A stretch of DNA of 40,711 bases from positions 244,652,001 through 244,692,711 of the forward strand of contig NC_067398.1 in NCBI RefSeq assembly GCF_016432865.1, given 5' to 3'. The notes beneath the pieces were generated by a model, which worked only from the letters and a program-made list of their open reading frames with translations, was not told the DNA's origin and did not search any database. Shown here in pieces: positions 8,950 through 20,347 of the stretch. This DNA comes from Antechinus flavipes (lineage: Eukaryota). Made by a program: the position numbers and the translations under genes. Positions within the stretch are counted from its first letter, which is position 1. Each line of letters starts with the position of its first letter.

Positions 8950-10030
8950 TTTATTATACTTTTTATTTACAAAATATATTCACGAGTAATTTTAATTTTT
9001 CAACGTTGACCTTTGCAAAACCTTCTGTTTCAAATTTTCCCCTCCCCCCAGATGGCAGGTAGTCCAATATGTGTTAAATATGTTAAATCCAATATATGTA
9101 TACATATTATCTTGTGCACAAAAACAATCGTATCTAGAAAGAAAAAAAAAACTTGAGAAGAAAAACAAAAATGCAAGCAAACAACATAAAGAGTGAAAAT
9201 GCTATGTTGTGGTCCACATTCAGTTCCCATAGTCCTCTCTCTGGGTGTAGTTGGCTCTCTTCATTACTGAACAATTGGAACCGGTTTGAATCAACTCATT
9301 GTGAAGACAGCCATATCCATCAGAATTGATCATCGTATAGTCTTGTTAATAATGATTTCCTGGTTCTGCTCGCTTCACTCAGCATCAATTCATGTAAGTC
9401 TTGCCAGGCCTCTCTGAAATCATCCTGTTGGTCATTTCTTACAGAACAATAATATTCTATAACATTCATATGCCACAATTTATTCACCCATTCTCCAATT
9501 TATGGACATTATATAACATTTTTTTAAAAGACAAAAGAGTATGTGTGGGGGAATTGGCATAACTAATCAGTACATATCAGAAAATACATGCATTACACTT
9601 TTCTGGACCTCCTACCTTTGCAAAAGTTTCTTTTGAAATTTCTTTTGAATCATGTTTGTTCTTTGTAATTTTGTAGTATATGCTTTTTGTGTGTGTGGCT
9701 CATCTTTCCAGTTAGTTATAGTCATGTGTGTCTTGGCTCTGCTTACTTCATTCTTCATCAGCTCATGTAGGTATTTGCATCCTATCACAATTCATAATTT
9801 CTTATAGCATAGTAATCCATTACATTCATATACCACAATTTGTTTAATCCTTTCTCAATAGGCATCTACTTTGTTTCCATTTCTTTGCTCTCACAAAAAA
9901 AACTATTATAAATAGTTAATCCAATTAAGTTCTTCAAGTATAAGCTAATAATAGAATCTCCGGGTTAAAGGGCATGGATATTTTAGTCACTTATTTGCAT
10001 TATATCAAAATGCTTTTCAAAAATAGTAAT
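8950..10030 (-). mobile_element. L1 3' fragments (younger at ~8950-9500, older at ~9550-10030)
   Basis: T-rich tail and the marsupial L1 3'UTR motif cccctcccccagatggcagg..ccaatatgtgttaaatatg, followed by antisense ORF2-end text (ttcactcagcatca..tcatgtaagtc..gaaatcatcc). Confidence 0.75.
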
Positions 10031-12699
10031 GAATCATACACAGCAGGGAAGTTTACCTTCTAGGTTAAACTCTTACTTTGAGTCTGAGTGTCTTACACCT
10101 TCCCAGATTCTGAAATGACTTGCACCCTGGATTCAGAGATTGTCCTTTGGAACTGGATGGCTTAGTTTCTGCTCTTTTTCCCTTCACCTCTTACTCTTAC
10201 ACTACTTATAAGAAGTAGTTTTTAAGGATTTAACAAGGAAAAAGAACAGAAGTTAAGAAATAGTACACTAGAGCAAAGGCATTGGATATTACAAGAAAAA
10301 ATCTGCCCAATCTCACACTGAGTAATTTATAAGGTATCCGTATCTAGTTTGTGCTCTCCTAAGATAGTGATTTTCTATCCTAGAAGACTCCCATTTAGGT
10401 TCTAGGAATTGAACTAATTGGTTCACACTAAAAATTCTAGGCTTTTGCCATCAGGAAGCCTCCTTAATGGATGTTAGGAGCTCTGCCCACATTATTGCCT
10501 AATCATAATCTAACACTTCCTTGCTGAGAAACAGCTATCAACTCGTGAACAAAATATGCTTTTATCACAAACCAATCTTTGGTTTGCATCTCTACAGTTA
10601 TTTTCCTGACCTTTTAAGCATAAGAAAATGATTATAGAGACATGTTTTTGACATCAACATTTCTGGGATATGCCCACCCTCTCAAAGTCACTCAGATGGT
10701 AGTCTGCCCCATTAATACTTCTTGATTGAGAGAACACATAAAGACAAAAGATAATGCTTTAAATTCAGTCAGGATTTAAAATGAAATTGTATTTTATTAC
10801 AATAACTACATAAATTTAAAAAATAGTAATATTAGAATATATAATCAACTGCTTAGTTTGTTATACTGAGTCATTTGGTGAGATGGATACCAGTAATCGA
10901 CCTTTCCACTTTGTTCTTTTCATTCCCAAAGGTCCACATGTTGAGACCAATGTCCTACAATACTCCTCAGTTTGCTTCTGACTCACTTCAGTGTATGATA
11001 TTGGATAAATTTCTTCCCTTCTCTGGGTCCCACTTTCCCCCTAACTTAAATATGGTGAGATCGGTTCTGACGTTTTAATGTTCAGGGACTGAGGAATATT
11101 TTCTTCAGATGGTGAAGTATATCTCATGTCTCCATCTAGTCCTTGAACTCCCAACATCAGGAATGCAGTAACTACAGCACATCCTGGGTTTCTTGAATTA
11201 CATTGAATGAAGTTTGCTCAGATGCAATTGCAAAAGAAAGCAGCCCCAGCCTGGCCTGAGCAGTTTGTACTGTGTCCCTTGATTGTATGTACTAGGATGC
11301 TACCAACCCATCTGCCCTCTGTGTACCTACATGGATACTTCAGTCTCCTTCCTACTTATCTGAAGCAGTTTTGATTAATCAGTTTCATCCTATACGGAGA
11401 TGGAGAAGGTTAGTAGTGATAATAGACCATAATAGCATTTATATAGTTTTAAGATTTTGAAAATTGGTTTCTCTGTGAAGTAGGTAGTATAAGTATTATT
11501 GCCTCCTTTTTATAGGAAACTGAAGCTCAGAGGGGTCATTACTTTTTCTCTGGGTCACACAGTAAGTTAGGCATAAGGTTGGGCTACACCTTCGGTTACC
11601 TCTTCCCAACAACTGGGGCCTAGTTGCCTCAGGCTACTCATTGCTGGACTCACATCAGGATCCATTAGCTGCTCCTGCACTCACAGGATATAGCCAGAAG
11701 TGGCTTTGGAGATCATTTAGGCCAATGTCCTTATTTTATAGATGAAGAAATTGAAGATTAAGTGACTTGCCCAATGGTACACAAATGGTAAGTGGCAGAA
11801 TCAAGACTTGAACCCAGGACCTTTGAATCCAAATCCAGCTTGACTCGAGTGTGTGGGTACCTGGGGTTCAGCTTGTGTTCCTCTCCAGCCCTACCCCCAC
11901 CCCAGATTCTCCGTTCAAAGGAACACGGGTCCTGGTGGGAAGGAGCCAACTTATCCCCTGTTTTCTCTCATGATCTGGGGTCAGGGGCTGAGGAAAGCTC
12001 TGGTACAGAATGTAGCTCATCAGCAGAATTAAGGAGTAGGGCAAGGACCATAAACACAGGAAACGGCCCTTCCTGCCTCTGTTCTCTCTGTACTCCAGTT
12101 GGATCTGGGTGGGCCTGGACCCCCATGCAGGCAGATGCTGAAATCCTCATCACACTAGTCCTCAGCAGAGGCACATCAGTTCAGATCCAGAATGCCCTGA
12201 TAGAGTGGAAAGAGTACTGCCCTCATTAGAGGGCCTGGTTTGGGTCCTGCTCCATGTGTATCCTTAGTAGGTCACTTAGCTTCTTTCATGTGTATCCTAT
12301 TAAGTCACTTAGCTTCACTGGGCTCTGGTTTCCCCCCATCTATTAAAAAGGATGTTAGACTGGATGGCCTCTGAGAGGTCTTCCAATTCTAGGTTAATGA
12401 TCCTGCCCTGTCTCCAATGAGCAAGAGTTCTTTGGCTCAGAAGTAGGCATTTTGTTTTCCAGTTCGGATGCCATTTTCCAGCATGGAACTAGACTCCCCA
12501 CCAGTTCAGACCTAGGTATATAGTCTTAGCTGATATCTGGCTATCTCCTCATCTTGAACCCAGGAATACCCATCTTCAGCTATATTTGCAGATGGGAAGG
12601 AGAAATTATATTGTGGCATTGCGTTCCTTAAACTTTCACTATTGAAATATGGGCAGGTTAAGGATGTAGGATGTTGAGGATGGAGAGGGAGAGGCACCG

Positions 12700-12841
12700 T
12701 GACACTCATAAGGGGGTGGAGCTAGGGCCACTTCCTTCCCTGTTATGGGCCCTCAGTCTAAGTCCCTGCCTATCTTAGTCTGAGAAGGGCTCTGAACTCA
12801 GACAGACAGGCTCCCTCCAGGATCTCCAACTATAATTGCAG
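12700..12841 (+). promoter_or_regulatory. SPN promoter and non-coding exon 1
   Basis: GGGGGTGGAG Sp1-type box at 12712-12721, resembling the CD43 promoter GGGTGG element. ETS core CACTTCCT at ~12729-12736. Donor CAG|GTAAGA at 12841/12842, with a matching acceptor tctctcctcacag| at 13234. Confidence 0.7.
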
Positions 12842-13294
12842 GTAAGAATGAGCACAGGACAGGACTGTGACTAGAGTTGGGGCAGCCCATGGCAAGGGGG
12901 AGGCTAAAGAACATCCTTTAAGAAAAGACTAGAAAGCAGGGCAAATTGGAGCAGAAGTAGGTGAAGATTTCCTATCTAAGAGTGTAATAGGAGGATGGGG
13001 ATTGAGGGTCGAGAGCTTGGTTGGTCATTGGAAAGGGGGTTTCTAGGAAGAGTCAGATCCAGAAGTACTCAGTGAGTGGGAGGGCATTGATTCTGGGTAT
13101 CCCCACCCTGATTATTTCTGAGGCTGGAAAAAGCCGTTGAACCACAAGCCCAGCCAGGCAGCTGGTAGGGATGTGGGCAGGATGAGGAGGATGTTCCGGC
13201 CTCTGCAGACTCCTCCTTGTGTCTCTCCTCACAGGTCTTGACTCACAGACACCCCTGAACCTTTCTTGGTCCGTGGGAGATCTTACATGTTGTC

Positions 13295-14377
13295 ATGGCG
13301 ATGGTGTCCCCTCTGTCTCTCTTGTTGCTTCTCATCCTCTCTGAGTGCTTCTGGACCTCAATAGCCACCACTGACTCCCAGGCCCTGGATATGGTGTCTG
13401 TGTCAAGCTCTTTGGACCTGCACCCCTTGACCTCTCAGCCGCCCCTGGAAGCCGCATCCTTGCCAGCCTCAGACTCAGATACGACCCTCATGTCCTCTGC
13501 AGCCCTGGATGCCAGATTTTTGACGTCCTTGATGACAGAGGCCAGGGAGAGCACTCCTACTGCTGAAGTGGCGTCCTCTACCACTTTTGGTTCTGGGCTG
13601 ACCTCGGTGGATAAGAAAGACCTTAGTAGCACCCAGGAACTGACTACACATGTGGCTACTCTGTCTACTAGTATCAAGGCTGTAGTTCCTGCGGTAACGA
13701 CTCCCCCCGGACCTCCTCCCTTTAATGCCACTGGAGGGGAGGAAGGGAATACCACCCTAGTCACTAAAGAAACAACCCCCTCCCATGAGATTTCAACGGA
13801 TAAGATCACCTCCACATGTTTCCAGGGGTTCCAGACCACTTCCACGTCTTCCACTTCATTGGCCAGTGTGTCTCCTGCAAAGAAATTGCAACAGGGTGGC
13901 AATAACTCCGCGCTGGTGATTCTGGTTGTGGTGGTTGTGGCGGCAACTCTCTTGGTAGTCCTGTTCTTGCTGTGGCGTCGGCGGCAGAGGAGGAGGACCG
14001 GGGCTCTGATGCTTGTGGGAAATGGGAAACATAAAGGAGCTGGGGATGCTTGGGCTGGACCAGTTCAGGCTGTGGAAGAGCAGGCTGCGTCTGGGTCAGC
14101 AGCAGGTGAAGGGGACGCAATGAATGCTGAAGGCGAGGGGACTGGTCGTAGGCCCACACTCACCACCTTCTTTGGCAAGAGGAAGTCTAGACAGGGTTCT
14201 GTGATGATGGAGGACCTGGAGGCCGGGGCAGCCTCCAGTGACCTCAAAGTCGAGAGCGAACCCCTTGTGGAAAACATGGATGAGGCTGTAAAGCCCCCTA
14301 AAGTTGACGGCTTAACTGCTGATGAGTCAATAGCAGGAGATGGGAACTTGCCATCGAGCCCAGTGACCAATGTATGA
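13295..14377 (+). CDS. SPN: Leukosialin (sialophorin, CD43), 360 aa, single coding exon
   Basis: Signal peptide, Ser/Thr/Pro-rich mucin ectodomain and TM at aa ~206-227. The cytoplasmic tail RRRQRRRTGAL..DAWAGP..RRPTLTTFFGKRKSRQGS..MEDL..EPLV matches recalled CD43. It lies upstream of QPRT, as in human and mouse. Confidence 0.96.
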   Translation: MAMVSPLSLLLLLILSECFWTSIATTDSQALDMVSVSSSLDLHPLTSQPPLEAASLPASDSDTTLMSSAALDARFLTSLMTEARESTPTAEVASSTTFGSGLTSVDKKDLSSTQELTTHVATLSTSIKAVVPAVTTPPGPPPFNATGGEEGNTTLVTKETTPSHEISTDKITSTCFQGFQTTSTSSTSLASVSPAKKLQQGGNNSALVILVVVVVAATLLVVLFLLWRRRQRRRTGALMLVGNGKHKGAGDAWAGPVQAVEEQAASGSAAGEGDAMNAEGEGTGRRPTLTTFFGKRKSRQGSVMMEDLEAGAASSDLKVESEPLVENMDEAVKPPKVDGLTADESIAGDGNLPSSPVTNV

Positions 14378-14613
14378 AAGAACCAGGGTCATCAATCAGT
14401 GAGCATTTTTGAAGGCATTCCAGGTAGTATGAGATGGAACCTCCCCTCAAGGAATTTAACTTTCTCATTCTTCATAGACTCTTAATCGTCTTAATCTTTT
14501 TTTTTTTTTTCACATCATTATTTCCATCTCCTCTACCTGTGTCTTCTCTATGGCCATCATTTTCTTCTTTATAATGGTCACTGAGTATTGCCTGGGAAAC
14601 ACATGGTCTCTCC

Positions 14614-14619
14614 AATAAA
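14614..14619 (+). terminator. Candidate SPN polyA signal
   Basis: AATAAA about 237 nt after the SPN stop. Confidence 0.5.
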
Positions 14620-14889
14620 ATCCTGATGTAGTGAAATTTCCAGAGTGCCTCGTTTTTAAGAAATAGATATTTTGACAAGCTTACATCATGGATTTGTCCC
14701 ACTCATTCAAATTCTACCCCAGGAGCCATCAGCTGTGCTTCAGTTTAGGACACTCATTCCCATGGGGGCACCGACACATCCCTCATATCTCTGATAGAAT
14801 CTGCCTCCATATCTTCTCTATTCACTCATTCCACGGCCTAATTAATGATTTTTATTCTAATGAGGCTGACCCCGGGTTTAGCCCAAGTT

Positions 14890-15270
14890 CATAACCAGCT
14901 TCCAGCCTACCTCTCCAGACAGTTCATATTACTACACTTCATGCTCTCTGTCAGCCAAACTGACTGCCTTGCTCCTCATCTCCATGTCTGCTCCTGCCTG
15001 CAATGCCCTTTCTCAACACTGACTTTTAGAATCCGTGGTTTCTTGAAAGACTTAAGTCAGATGCCACTTCCTATGTGAAGCTTTTTCTGATCCTCCAAGC
15101 TATGGGTGCCTCCTTGACTAGAGCCAAATCACCTTGTATCTGTATACATATTTTGTATTTGCTCACATGTGTATCCATTGTCTCCTTCGTTAGAATGCAA
15201 GCTCATTGAAAGCAGGGACTGTTTCATTTTTATCTGTGTAATCTCTGGACCAGACAAATAGTAGGGATAG
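14890..15270 (+). mobile_element. L2 3' end
   Basis: ttagaatgcaagctcattgaaagcagggactgtttcattttt matches the L2 3' terminal region. Boundaries are approximate. Confidence 0.65.
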
Positions 15271-15524
15271 AGATGGGAATACTGAGCAGACCTCTGATTT
15301 CTTTGGTTCGGAAATTTTGAGAGAGGCTATTGCCTCTGCAAAGCAGGTCAGCACTTTCTCTGCAAATTATTACCTTACAGAACTGCCTGAATGTTGAACG
15401 ACTTGCCTGAATCACACAAGTATATGTGTCATGAGTAGGATTTAAACCCAAATATTCCTGGCTTTGAGAGCAGCTATCTTTCAAATGTGTTGTACTTTGC
15501 TGCCTCTCAGTAGTTCCTTAATCT

Positions 15525-15677
15525 TTTTTTTTTTTTTTTCCCTGAGGCAAGTGGGGTTAAGGGACTTGTCCAGAGTCATACAGCTAGGAAATATTAAATG
15601 TCTGAGGTCACATTTGAACTCAAGTCCTCCTGACTTCAGGGCTGGTGCTCTATATAATGTACAACCTGGCTGCCCCC
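15525..15677 (-). mobile_element. WSINE1-like CORE-SINE
   Basis: Poly-T then gaggcaagtggggttaagggacttg..tctgaggtcacatttgaactcaagtcctcc..gctgcccc, the reverse complement of the 8654 family. Confidence 0.8.
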
Positions 15678-16145
15678 TTACTCTATTAAAAAAAATGCCT
15701 CTTAATTGATATTTACAGGAACCACCGCAATAAAGAGACCTTGCTGAGTATTCCCTAAGGGATTTAGGGATGTGGAAATCCAAATCATACTGTCTCTGGA
15801 CTGAAGGATTTCTTCCCAAAAGCTCCTTAGGGGTGTAATAGGACAGGAATGGGCACAAGAACAAGTCTGGGAAGATGGTGATGTGAGGTAGTACGGGGAG
15901 AATGTTTATAAAGTATCTGGATGGAATGGGTCTGGAGCCCAGGGGAATGGATTAGGAATGAGATGAGCATTACCTCTTACAACTGTAGAAAGGAAAGATA
16001 AGAATGGGTATCTCTTGTTTGTGATACAATAAGTTTATTAGGCAAAATGTGTGGCATGTGTGTTATATTTTTTCATTCCAGAAGTTACTTTGATCACTTT
16101 TCCAGAGGAATTTATTTCTATTATTTCAGTTCCCTATTCCATCTG

Positions 16146-16370
16146 GAGGGACAGCTAGGAGATTTTGGAACCAGAGAGACTCATCCTCATGAGTTCCACA
16201 GAACACACACTAGTTGTGTGAGCCTAAGCAAGTCACTAAACCCTGTTTGCCCAGTTCCCTCATCTATAAAATGAACTGGAGAAGGGAATGGCAAACCTCT
16301 CCAGTATCTCTGCCAAACAAATCCCTGGTGGGGTCAGGAAGAGCCTGACGTGACTGAAAGAATGCAACTC
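16146..16370 (+). mobile_element. Mar1-type CORE-SINE with RTE/BovB-like tail
   Basis: ctggagaagggaatggcaaacctctccagtatctctgcc..gacgtgactgaa tail. Confidence 0.75.
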
Positions 16371-17159
16371 TATTCTGGGTACTTGGTGGTTCTGCAGGCA
16401 GGCTTTGGACCTTCTTGCCTAGTGGCCCCGTCCCATCTCTAAACCCTATAGTAGCCACTTGGACTGTGTACTCCATGCGTCTGTCTCCCCTGAGCCTCCT
16501 ATTCATGGTCAAGCATGTCTGTGTTCCTAACTGACTCTCCTAGCCCAGGAGAGTAAACTACAACCACAATAGAGAAGTCGGTCGAGGTTTGGGGAACCTG
16601 GAACTTCCTTCCTCGGCGCAGGGGACTGGCAGGGAGATAATACATTTTTTTTAATGGGCTCTGGCCCTTTAGATTGGTCTCATCATTTTAACCCTAACTA
16701 AACTCAGTCCGGTCCAATCCAGCTCAGTCCAAAATGCAAAGCCCATCCTGAGAGACTCGGGCCCAGGCTCACCCAGCCCAGCTCAGTCTGTGGTGATGGG
16801 TGTGTACACAAGAAAGTGTCTGGGGGTAGTGTTGACATGCAGAGAGGAAATTTGCAAAGAAAAGGAAACTATTGAGTCAGAGCCCGTGTGCATAGTCTGT
16901 GACCTTGTAGGAAAGAGAAATAGCCAGGGAGAGTTATGATGGGGGGGGGGGGGAATGAAATCAGATTGGGGAGGGAAACATTGAGAATCATTGTGAGCCA
17001 TCCTAGTCCAGAAAATGGTTCTGGTCTTCTGGGAGGCAGGTTTGGCTGGTGGTTGTGAAGAACGATCCGACATCAGGTCTAGATGAGGAGGAAGAAGCAA
17101 GAAAAGACTTGCCAGCATTTCTAGCTTACATAACTGAAAGATTCAGCCCCTGACCTAAA

Positions 17160-17430
17160 TCAACTTGTTTGTCCTTTGTTCTCAAAGATGACCATGACAT
17201 CATGGAAGCAATACCATGACTTGCAAATGAGTTGGATTTAAGTGAGGGAGGGCTGGGCAAGGTCCCCTGACTCCCTTTCCCCTCCAGAGCCAGCTGGGTC
17301 CAGTGGCCAGAAACACATCAGGACGACAGGAGATGGCTCTGGATGTAGTGGGAGATGTTGCCCCTTTTAAGTGAAGGTCTTTAACAGGTTTCAGGATGAC
17401 TGAGACAATCACCCCTTCAGTAATGAGGGA
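17160..17430 (-). mobile_element. RTE-derived SINE / RTE 3' end
   Basis: Begins cttgtttgtcctttgttctcaaaga, the inverse of the 8104-8350 terminus. Confidence 0.6.
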
Positions 17431-17543
17431 TAGTTTCAAGAAGTCAGGCTATCCACACTTATCTCTACTCAGAATCAGACTAAGGACCTTTACCAGTACC
17501 AAGACAAATGTCTTCAGTACTTTCACAGCTTTACTGATCATTA

Positions 17544-18099
17544 TGTTGAGGTGTGAGAATTGAGGGTTGCGTGATCCCCTGACAGCAATTGGGTCCCCCT
17601 TGGCCAGTGGCAGGCTTTACAAAAGAATTCACAAACCCCAATGAATACAGGCTTGAGGTTTGTGGCAAGAATGGGTTTATTTACACTGAGAAAACAGCTT
17701 TCTTAGCGGGCAAGATACTGTTAGGGCTATTGCAAAGATGGGTTTACCCTGAGAAGAAAATATCTTCATCAGTGGGCATTCCTGATTAGGAATTAACAGA
17801 GATGGATTGACAGGTCTTGGGTTTTATCAGGTTTGTCCTGGCCCAGAGCTGGGGAGCAGTTTGAGAGACTAATCTTCAATCCAATAGTGGGTGGTGATTA
17901 TGACCCTGGCCAAGATCTCCAATTGAATGAGATTACTTATCTGGGAGTTTCCCTCATGAATGGGTGGTCCCCTCCTGGGTGGTCCCTTCTGGGTGGGACT
18001 CTCCTAAGTGGGTAAGTGGGACTCTCCCAGAGGCCAGGAGGGTTTGAGAATCAGGAGCACTCTTTCCCCCAAAGATTAAAGGGGACACAGTTTACATCA
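17544..18099 (-). mobile_element. Probable solo LTR (~556 bp)
   Basis: TG...CA termini and a possible 4-bp TSD with one mismatch (atta/atca). On the minus strand, a TATA-like GATAAAA at ~17823-17829 lies about 145 bp upstream of AATAAA at 17676-17681. Confidence 0.6.
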
Positions 18100-18401
18100 A
18101 TCAAATATCAACTTGAGGCATTGACCATCCTGGTTCCCTCCTGACCCCTGGTTTCTAAGATCTATTGCACTTTATCCCTAATTACCACTCTCTATCCTTC
18201 CCCACTGTACTTCTGAAGCTATGTCAGATTTTTTAAAAAAATTTCACTTTATTTTTTATTTTGAATTTGAATTTCAAATAAAATGAGCATTTACACATAA
18301 AATGTAGAAAAGGAGATTATACATGAAATTTTGAATTTCTACTATGTAGAGCTTGCTTTACTTAAATATGTAATAAATTCAACGTATAACTTTTCAAAAG
18401 G

Positions 18402-18590
18402 GGCAAGTAGGTGATTCAGTGGATAGATTGCTGTGTCTAGAAACAGGAAGACCTGAGTTCAAATGTGATCTCAGATGTTTCCTAGCTGTGTGATCCTGGA
18501 CAAGTTACTGAGATGGCAAACCACTCCAACATTTTTGCCAAGAGACCCTAAAAGGGGTTTCTTGACAAGAGACATAACTGATAAGCACAA
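18402..18590 (+). mobile_element. Mar1-type CORE-SINE
   Basis: ggggcaagtaggtgattcagtggataga..ggaagacctgagttcaaat..gagatggcaaaccactcca..tttgccaaga. Confidence 0.7.
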
Positions 18591-18994
18591 TAGCATTTCA
18601 CAAAGTTGCCCTCCTTATCTGAGAATCCTTCTGGTCTTCTATTCATTTCTCTTTTTGGCAGGAGAGGGGGAACTATTTCTCCCTTTCTCCTACTCCCCAC
18701 GTGTTGAAAAAAAGAAAAGTAAAATTCTTATAACATACAAGTAATAAATCCCTAGGTTAACCACATCTAAAAATGTGGTTCTTATATCATTTGTTCTCTA
18801 AGCTCTACTCACTTCACTTTGTGTCAGTTCACACAAATATTTCCAGGTTTCATGCCAACCTGTTGGTTCCTCCATTGCCCAGAAAGGATCAAGACTTTTT
18901 GGAGCTTTCCCTAAGCAATTTTGGGATTCTCTGATTTGGGTTCTCTCTAATCCATTGGTTCTTCTGGTAATCAGACTCTCAAATTCTTTGCATA

Positions 18995-19395
18995 AATCTC
19001 TCTCTTCTTTTCTCCTCCTTTCCTTCCCCAATTCATTTCTCTTCCCTCCCTTATTTCCCCCCTTCTCTCTCTTTATTTCTTTCTTACTTTCCTCCCTCCC
19101 TTCCTCTGTCTCTGTCTCTTTGTCTCTCTGTGCCTTTCTCTCTCTCTCTGTCTCTGGTGTATTTCTGTTTCTGTGTGTATCTCTCTCCCTCTCTCTGTCT
19201 CTCTTTGTCTCTCTGTGTCTCTGTATTTGTCTGTTTCTCTCTGTGTCTCTGTGTCTCTATCCTATCTCTCTGTCTCTGTCTCTGTCTCTCTCTCCTCCCT
19301 CCCTCCTCTTCCTTTTTTCTTCTCTACTTCTCTATTTCTCCTCTCTCTTTTTCCACCCTCTTTTTCTTTCTTCTTTCCACTCTTTTTCTCCTCCT
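18995..19395. repeat. Low-complexity (CT)n/(TCTCTG)n pyrimidine tract
   Basis: Direct inspection. Confidence 0.9.
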
Positions 19396-19608
19396 AAGAT
19401 TTTGCCCTCATATTTAAGGTTGAACAATGGTTACTCAATCTCCATCCATGAGGAGACTTTCATTAAAAAATGTTCTTTGAATCTCTGATTACATTCCAAT
19501 CCTAGGCTCACTTTTAGCCAATTTGAAAACTGCCTGTTCCTTGGGCCCCAGTTTTCTTAGTTGTAAAATGGGAGGATTGGATAGGTGACTTCTGAGGCTG
19601 CTCTAGAG

Positions 19609-19790
19609 CAAGGGTCTTTAACCTGGGGTCTGTGAACTTAGGTGTTTTTTTTTTTTATCTTGATAACTTTTTTTGGGTATAATTGGTTTCTTTTGTAATC
19701 CTTTGTATTTTGTTTTATGTATTTAAAAATATTTTGCAAAGAGTTTATAATTTTCACCAGATTTCCAAATGAGTCCATGACCAAATAAAC
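19609..19790. mobile_element. Truncated Charlie-type hAT MITE
   Basis: caagggtctttaacctggggtc start and the internal tataattggtttc..tgtaatcc motif. Confidence 0.55.
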
Positions 19791-19976
19791 AAATAAAATA
19801 AAAAGTCCATTTTTTCCTTCCTTCCTTCCCACAATCAAGGGAATGCAATTTGAAGGGGAATCTCTAGTGGAATGCACTTGGGTTGGACATGGTCAGCACA
19901 AAAATTGATTATGTGTATTTGTTTAAAAGGGTTTTGTTTTTCTTTCTGTTTTCAATTGGTGGGGAAAGAGGAGAAA

Positions 19977-20347
19977 GAAAAGAGGGGAGAGCAGTAAGGA
20001 GGGTTTTGAACAAAAAAAAATCATACATGGATCTATGGATCTTTGAAATAACTAGATATATTTTAATTTGGAGAAAAAAAGGTTTCAGGGTATGGCGTAG
20101 GACAGGGCTTTGATAATTGTCTTCAAGTATTTTGAAAGGTTGTCAAGTAGAAGGAAGAGAGAAAAAAGGGGAGAGCTGTAAGGAGGGTTTGGGTTAATTA
20201 AAAAAAATGTCACACAAGGTTCTATGGATCTTTGAAATAAATAAAAATATTTTAATCTGGAGAAGAGAAGGCTTAGGGGTAAGGAATAGAACAGGGCTTG
20301 ATGGTTGTCTTCATATATTTTGGAAGGCTGTCAAGTCGAAGGAAGAT
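19977..20347 (+). repeat. Local tandem duplication, 2 x ~184 bp, containing a CR1/L3-like fragment
   Basis: ggggagagc.gtaaggagggttt at 19984 and 20168. Both copies share ctatggatctttgaaataa..tattttaat.tggagaa..acagggctt..ttgtcttca..tattttg.aagg.tgtcaagt.gaaggaaga. Confidence 0.85.

Noticed and set aside
11792-12229. 145-aa ORF upstream of SPN
   Set aside because: It starts inside a MIR-like fragment with a GTG start, has no domain and has no supporting splice structure.
13435-14370. Minus-strand ORFs (155, 117 and 101 aa) over SPN
   Set aside because: Antisense shadows of the Ser/Thr/Ala-rich mucin codon usage.
18955-19488. Hydrophobic 177-aa ORF (LSLSLC...)
   Set aside because: Translation of the CT/TCTCTG microsatellite.
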